Assembly: GCA_905234395.1 (NCBI GenBank)
Contig: CAJOHG010000013.1
Span: 5,253 to 69,252 of the forward strand
From: an uncultured Selenomonadaceae bacterium
GTDB lineage: Bacteria > Bacillota > Negativicutes > Selenomonadales > Selenomonadaceae
DNA length: 64,000 bases
Direction: 5' to 3'
The position numbers and the translations under genes were made by a program. Positions 60,916 to 64,000 of this stretch are shown here, in pieces. The notes under the pieces were generated by a model. That model saw nothing but the letters and a program-made list of their open reading frames with translations, did not search any database and had not been told where the DNA came from. Position 1 is the stretch's first letter. Every line of letters begins with the position of its first letter.

Positions 60916-63590
60916 GATAGATTCTCTCCTTTTGCAAACTCATTAAAAATATTGTCCAACTCATTGTTACTTGCGGCGCGAATCACTCTGTCACGAATCG
61001 CGCTCTTTGACATATCCAGCCGCGTGAAAATTTTTTGTCCGAGTATATTTTTTTCGCGAATCAGTTGCAACCTTCCGACTTTGGAATTTTCTTCGGCGTA
61101 AACGGCGAGAGCTTTTGCCTTGCCGATATTGTCTCTGAAGTTTGAATCATGCGGCTCCAAAATATCAACGACGTAAGCATTTTCATTGCGGCGCACGATT
61201 AAAAAATCCGGGTAAAAAAGTTTTGTATTGCCGTGCTCGTCTTGATAGGGAATGCTCAATGACCACGGCGCGCGTTGACAATTTCTTAACCAACAGACAA
61301 AATCCTTGCAACGTTGCTCTTCATGCAGGATACTTTCTTCCCAACCGTTGAGCTTAATCGTTGCCGTGCCCGTCGCCGCATCAACGAACAAATGATCCGA
61401 ATAACTTTTGCCGTCAACATCATGCGTCATTGAAATTGTCATCGGCAGTTCAAAATTGTGCGTGCTGACTTCGTCGCCATTTGAAACAATTTTATCATAT
61501 TCATTTTTCGTTGCGGACGGCAAGCCGATAATTTCGCGTCGGAATTTGTCGCACAGCGCATGAAATTTTTCTTTGGCGAAACGTTCAAGCTTGATAAGAT
61601 TGTCGGCGTCCTTCACAAAAAGAATCACGTCAATCTTGCCGTCGTCAAGGTTATCGGGCGGAAAAAAATTCGTCAAATATCTGTTGGCAACGCCCGCACT
61701 TTTCAACGTCTTCTCTGCCTGTCGAAATTGCCGCTCAATGTCAGTGTCGGTCGTCACGAAAAGATTTTGACTCACAGCTTGATTAACTCCTTCACCGAAC
61801 GCGTCAAAAATCTGCGCGGACAATTTGAACTCTCTGGCTTGACGATTGAGCGCGTCATATTTGCCCGCAGACTTCAGCTCGTCAATGTACTGTCGAATGA
61901 ACGCGGCAACGTCATCAAGCGCGGTATCGAATGCCTCGCGGAATAAATTGCTCCACATGAGAAAATGCGCCATGTTTAAAAAAGATTGCAAAGCGTCGTT
62001 GATTTGCGCACGATTTATTTTGTAAGTCGACAATCCCAACGCGTTGACGGCTTTGACAATTTCCTCGCGGTCGAAAGAAATTTGCGCGTTAAAATTTTTT
62101 GCGACATCCTGAACGCCTTCCGAAGCCAACGTAAAATTTTCAAGCGGCGTCGAATTGACGGCAGAAAAATTTTCAACGGGCGTCCGCGCAGATATTTTTG
62201 CAACGCCTTTGACTGTCAACGGAACGATTTTTTTCGCACCGAGACTTTCGCCGACAATCTCCGCAGGAATTTCTCCGTTCTCCGATTTGTGAAGCTTGTC
62301 GACAATTTCTTGAACGGTGCTCTCGTCGAAATGCGGCAAATACAATCGGACTTCGTTCAAAGTGTCGTCCTCATCAATGCGGCGTTGCAACGGCGTGCGA
62401 ATCATTCTGCCCAAAAGTTGAGCGATATACGTTGCGTCGACTGCGCGGCGGAAAGACATCATCGTTTCGGCTTTCGGACAGTCCCAGCCCGTTGAAAGAT
62501 TTTCTTTAAAGAACACCACGCGAATATTGTCCCTGCCCGAAATTTTTGACGGCTCAACATGATTGACGCGCAGACCGTTTATCGTCAAGTCAGCTGTCTC
62601 TCCGAACGTGTGAACGACTTCGCCAAGTTTAAATTCAATGCCCGTGCGCTGTGAAATTTTCTTCAAGCAGTCGTCCAAATCGGTATCGGAAATTTTTTTC
62701 GCGGAACTGTTCTCGACTTGCACGACAAAAATCGGATTGAAACTCTTATCGCCGAGATATTGCCGCCAATGTTCGCATTTGCTCTTCCAATCGTCAGCCG
62801 CCGCCTCAAGAATCGCCATATCCTTTGCAACGGAAATGCTCGTTCGCTCGTCGGGATAAATGACGACAATTCGCTCCTTGAGCAAGCCGGACGCTTTGAC
62901 TTCGGCATTGGTCACGATAACGCGTTGAATCGTCGCAGAACTTTTCGCAACCAAATTGTTGAATCGTTCAATCGTCGCGCTCATGCCAATCACTACGGGC
63001 ACGGGCTTAAAGTTGTCGTCAACGCTGCCCTTGATGAATTTTTGCATGATGGTCGTCGCACGTCCTGCCGCAACGCCTTTCATGCCGCGATGTGCCTCGT
63101 CAATGATGAAATAAATTTTGTCAGTCTTGGCTTTGATTGTGTTGCTCAACGTCTCCCAAATCGTGTACTGTCGAAAATCGGAGTGGCGCGTCAAATTGCT
63201 GCCCTTACCGAGTTTTTGCGTGTTCAGAAAATAAATCTTGCCGTCGTCCAAAGTTTGCGCGTCAAAAGTTTCATCTTCAATCATCACAAGTTGCGAATGA
63301 TTTATACCGTCGGCATTGAAATAAAATTTGTCAAGCGACTGCCGATTGAGTTCGGGCGAATCACTCAACCAAACAAAAATCGCGTCGGGCTGTGCAAGAT
63401 AATTTTCGTCGCCGCAATAAACTCTTTCAACCAATGACGCCAACATTATCGTTTTGCCCGCGCCCGTCGGTGCTGTGAATGAAATTGCCTGCGGAATTTT
63501 TCTGCGCAAATACAATTCCTGCGCGTCGTACAGATAATCCCGCAATTCCCGCACGGCGTTCATTTGGAAAGGGAGCAGTTCAATTTTCAT
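60912..63590 (-). CDS. res: Type III restriction enzyme Res-like helicase/endonuclease subunit
   Basis: 892 aa. Contains FTAPTGAGKT (motif I), IIDEAHRG (DEAH) and SATIE. The C-terminal FYPDFLIVRRNENAYVVDILEP looks like a possible nuclease core. Confidence 0.8.
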   Translation of the reverse strand: MKIELLPFQMNAVRELRDYLYDAQELYLRRKIPQAISFTAPTGAGKTIMLASLVERVYCGDENYLAQPDAIFVWLSDSPELNRQSLDKFYFNADGINHSQLVMIEDETFDAQTLDDGKIYFLNTQKLGKGSNLTRHSDFRQYTIWETLSNTIKAKTDKIYFIIDEAHRGMKGVAAGRATTIMQKFIKGSVDDNFKPVPVVIGMSATIERFNNLVAKSSATIQRVIVTNAEVKASGLLKERIVVIYPDERTSISVAKDMAILEAAADDWKSKCEHWRQYLGDKSFNPIFVVQVENSSAKKISDTDLDDCLKKISQRTGIEFKLGEVVHTFGETADLTINGLRVNHVEPSKISGRDNIRVVFFKENLSTGWDCPKAETMMSFRRAVDATYIAQLLGRMIRTPLQRRIDEDDTLNEVRLYLPHFDESTVQEIVDKLHKSENGEIPAEIVGESLGAKKIVPLTVKGVAKISARTPVENFSAVNSTPLENFTLASEGVQDVAKNFNAQISFDREEIVKAVNALGLSTYKINRAQINDALQSFLNMAHFLMWSNLFREAFDTALDDVAAFIRQYIDELKSAGKYDALNRQAREFKLSAQIFDAFGEGVNQAVSQNLFVTTDTDIERQFRQAEKTLKSAGVANRYLTNFFPPDNLDDGKIDVILFVKDADNLIKLERFAKEKFHALCDKFRREIIGLPSATKNEYDKIVSNGDEVSTHNFELPMTISMTHDVDGKSYSDHLFVDAATGTATIKLNGWEESILHEEQRCKDFVCWLRNCQRAPWSLSIPYQDEHGNTKLFYPDFLIVRRNENAYVVDILEPHDSNFRDNIGKAKALAVYAEENSKVGRLQLIREKNILGQKIFTRLDMSKSAIRDRVIRAASNNELDNIFNEFAKGENLS

Positions 63591-63594
63591 TTCG

Positions 63595-64000
63595 TCACCC
63601 GCTGATTCTGAAATTTTCCAAGTAGTCGCGATAAAGTTGGTAAGTCGTCTTGTCGCCGAAATTTTTTATCATGGCGCGATAACCGTACTCCGAATCCGTG
63701 ATTATAAAAATCGTGTCAATGCCCGGCTGATTGAGAACCTCGCGTTCAAAGTCGGCAAAAAATTTTTCGTCAATCAACACGGCAAAATTATTCGCGGGCA
63801 AAATCATCATCGGCGGCAAATTTTCATCGACAGTCGGACACTTGCCGCGACAACCGGCTTTGAACCACAGCACCGGCAAAAGTTCCTTAAACTGCCTGCC
63901 GAGCGCAACAAAATCTTTGTCGAGGAAACCGAGCTTGAAAAATGCAACGTTGGCTTTGAAACCGTCAGCCATCGCAAAATCCGTGCCGAGATAATTTCCT
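63595..64000 (-). CDS. C-terminal ~135 codons of a larger protein, probably the cognate Mod methyltransferase; the 5' end lies beyond the right edge
   Basis: The frame stays open upstream of the track Met (…GNYLGTDFAMADGF…). No catalytic motif is visible. The assignment rests on its position 4 nt upstream of res. Confidence 0.4.
   Translation of the reverse strand, partial: GNYLGTDFAMADGFKANVAFFKLGFLDKDFVALGRQFKELLPVLWFKAGCRGKCPTVDENLPPMMILPANNFAVLIDEKFFADFEREVLNQPGIDTIFIITDSEYGYRAMIKNFGDKTTYQLYRDYLENFRISG

Overview
A 64-kb chromosomal window of roughly 50% GC. The gene content looks like a diderm Firmicute (Negativicutes-like): an SLH-domain porin, hldD, an O-antigen ligase, Rex, a SpoIVB-type S55 peptidase and an LCP protein. 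That taxonomic call is inference only.

Housekeeping genes: thiM-ykoF-thiE, tRNA-Glu(CUC), tRNA-Pro(CGG), mutS2, priA, murA, secDF, meaB, cbiF-cbiG, tmRNA and rex. A minus-strand GDP-sugar/O-antigen cluster spans 6.1-15.1 kb: a GT11-GT2 fucosyltransferase fusion, manC, a methyltransferase, a colD-like pseudogene, fcl, an SDR, a sugar dehydrogenase and gmd. More LPS genes lie at 56-61 kb.

Accessory and defence content is dense:
- Three MmeI-family R-M loci: a stand-alone TRD fragment at the left edge, a frameshifted near-full-length copy, and a deleted remnant.
- A type III res gene plus a partial upstream ORF (presumed mod) at the right edge.
- Two fused MNT-HEPN proteins.
- BrnT/BrnA.
- Small-peptide loci that the 60-aa ORF track does not show.

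Candidates for undescribed biology, in order:
1. 36626-38206: four tandem ~388-bp cassettes. Each looks like a par/Fst-style type I toxin-antitoxin unit, with co-varying toxin start and antisense sequences. Each unit also carries the last 23 nt of the adjacent R-M gene.
2. 1-3864: an operon of a GrpE-like gene, a lid-less Hsp70, an MNT-HEPN fusion and an MmeI TRD fragment.
3. 41.1-43.4 kb: an AT-rich, translationally coupled DUF4417 cassette between the two MmeI copies.

Several genes carry clear inactivating lesions: colD-like (three nonsense codons), putP (a 5-bp duplication), the two MmeI-family copies at 38-45 kb, and a duplicated cinA 5' end. No CRISPR array, rRNA, transposase or integrase was seen. 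All functional calls rest on motif recognition by eye, not on database searches.
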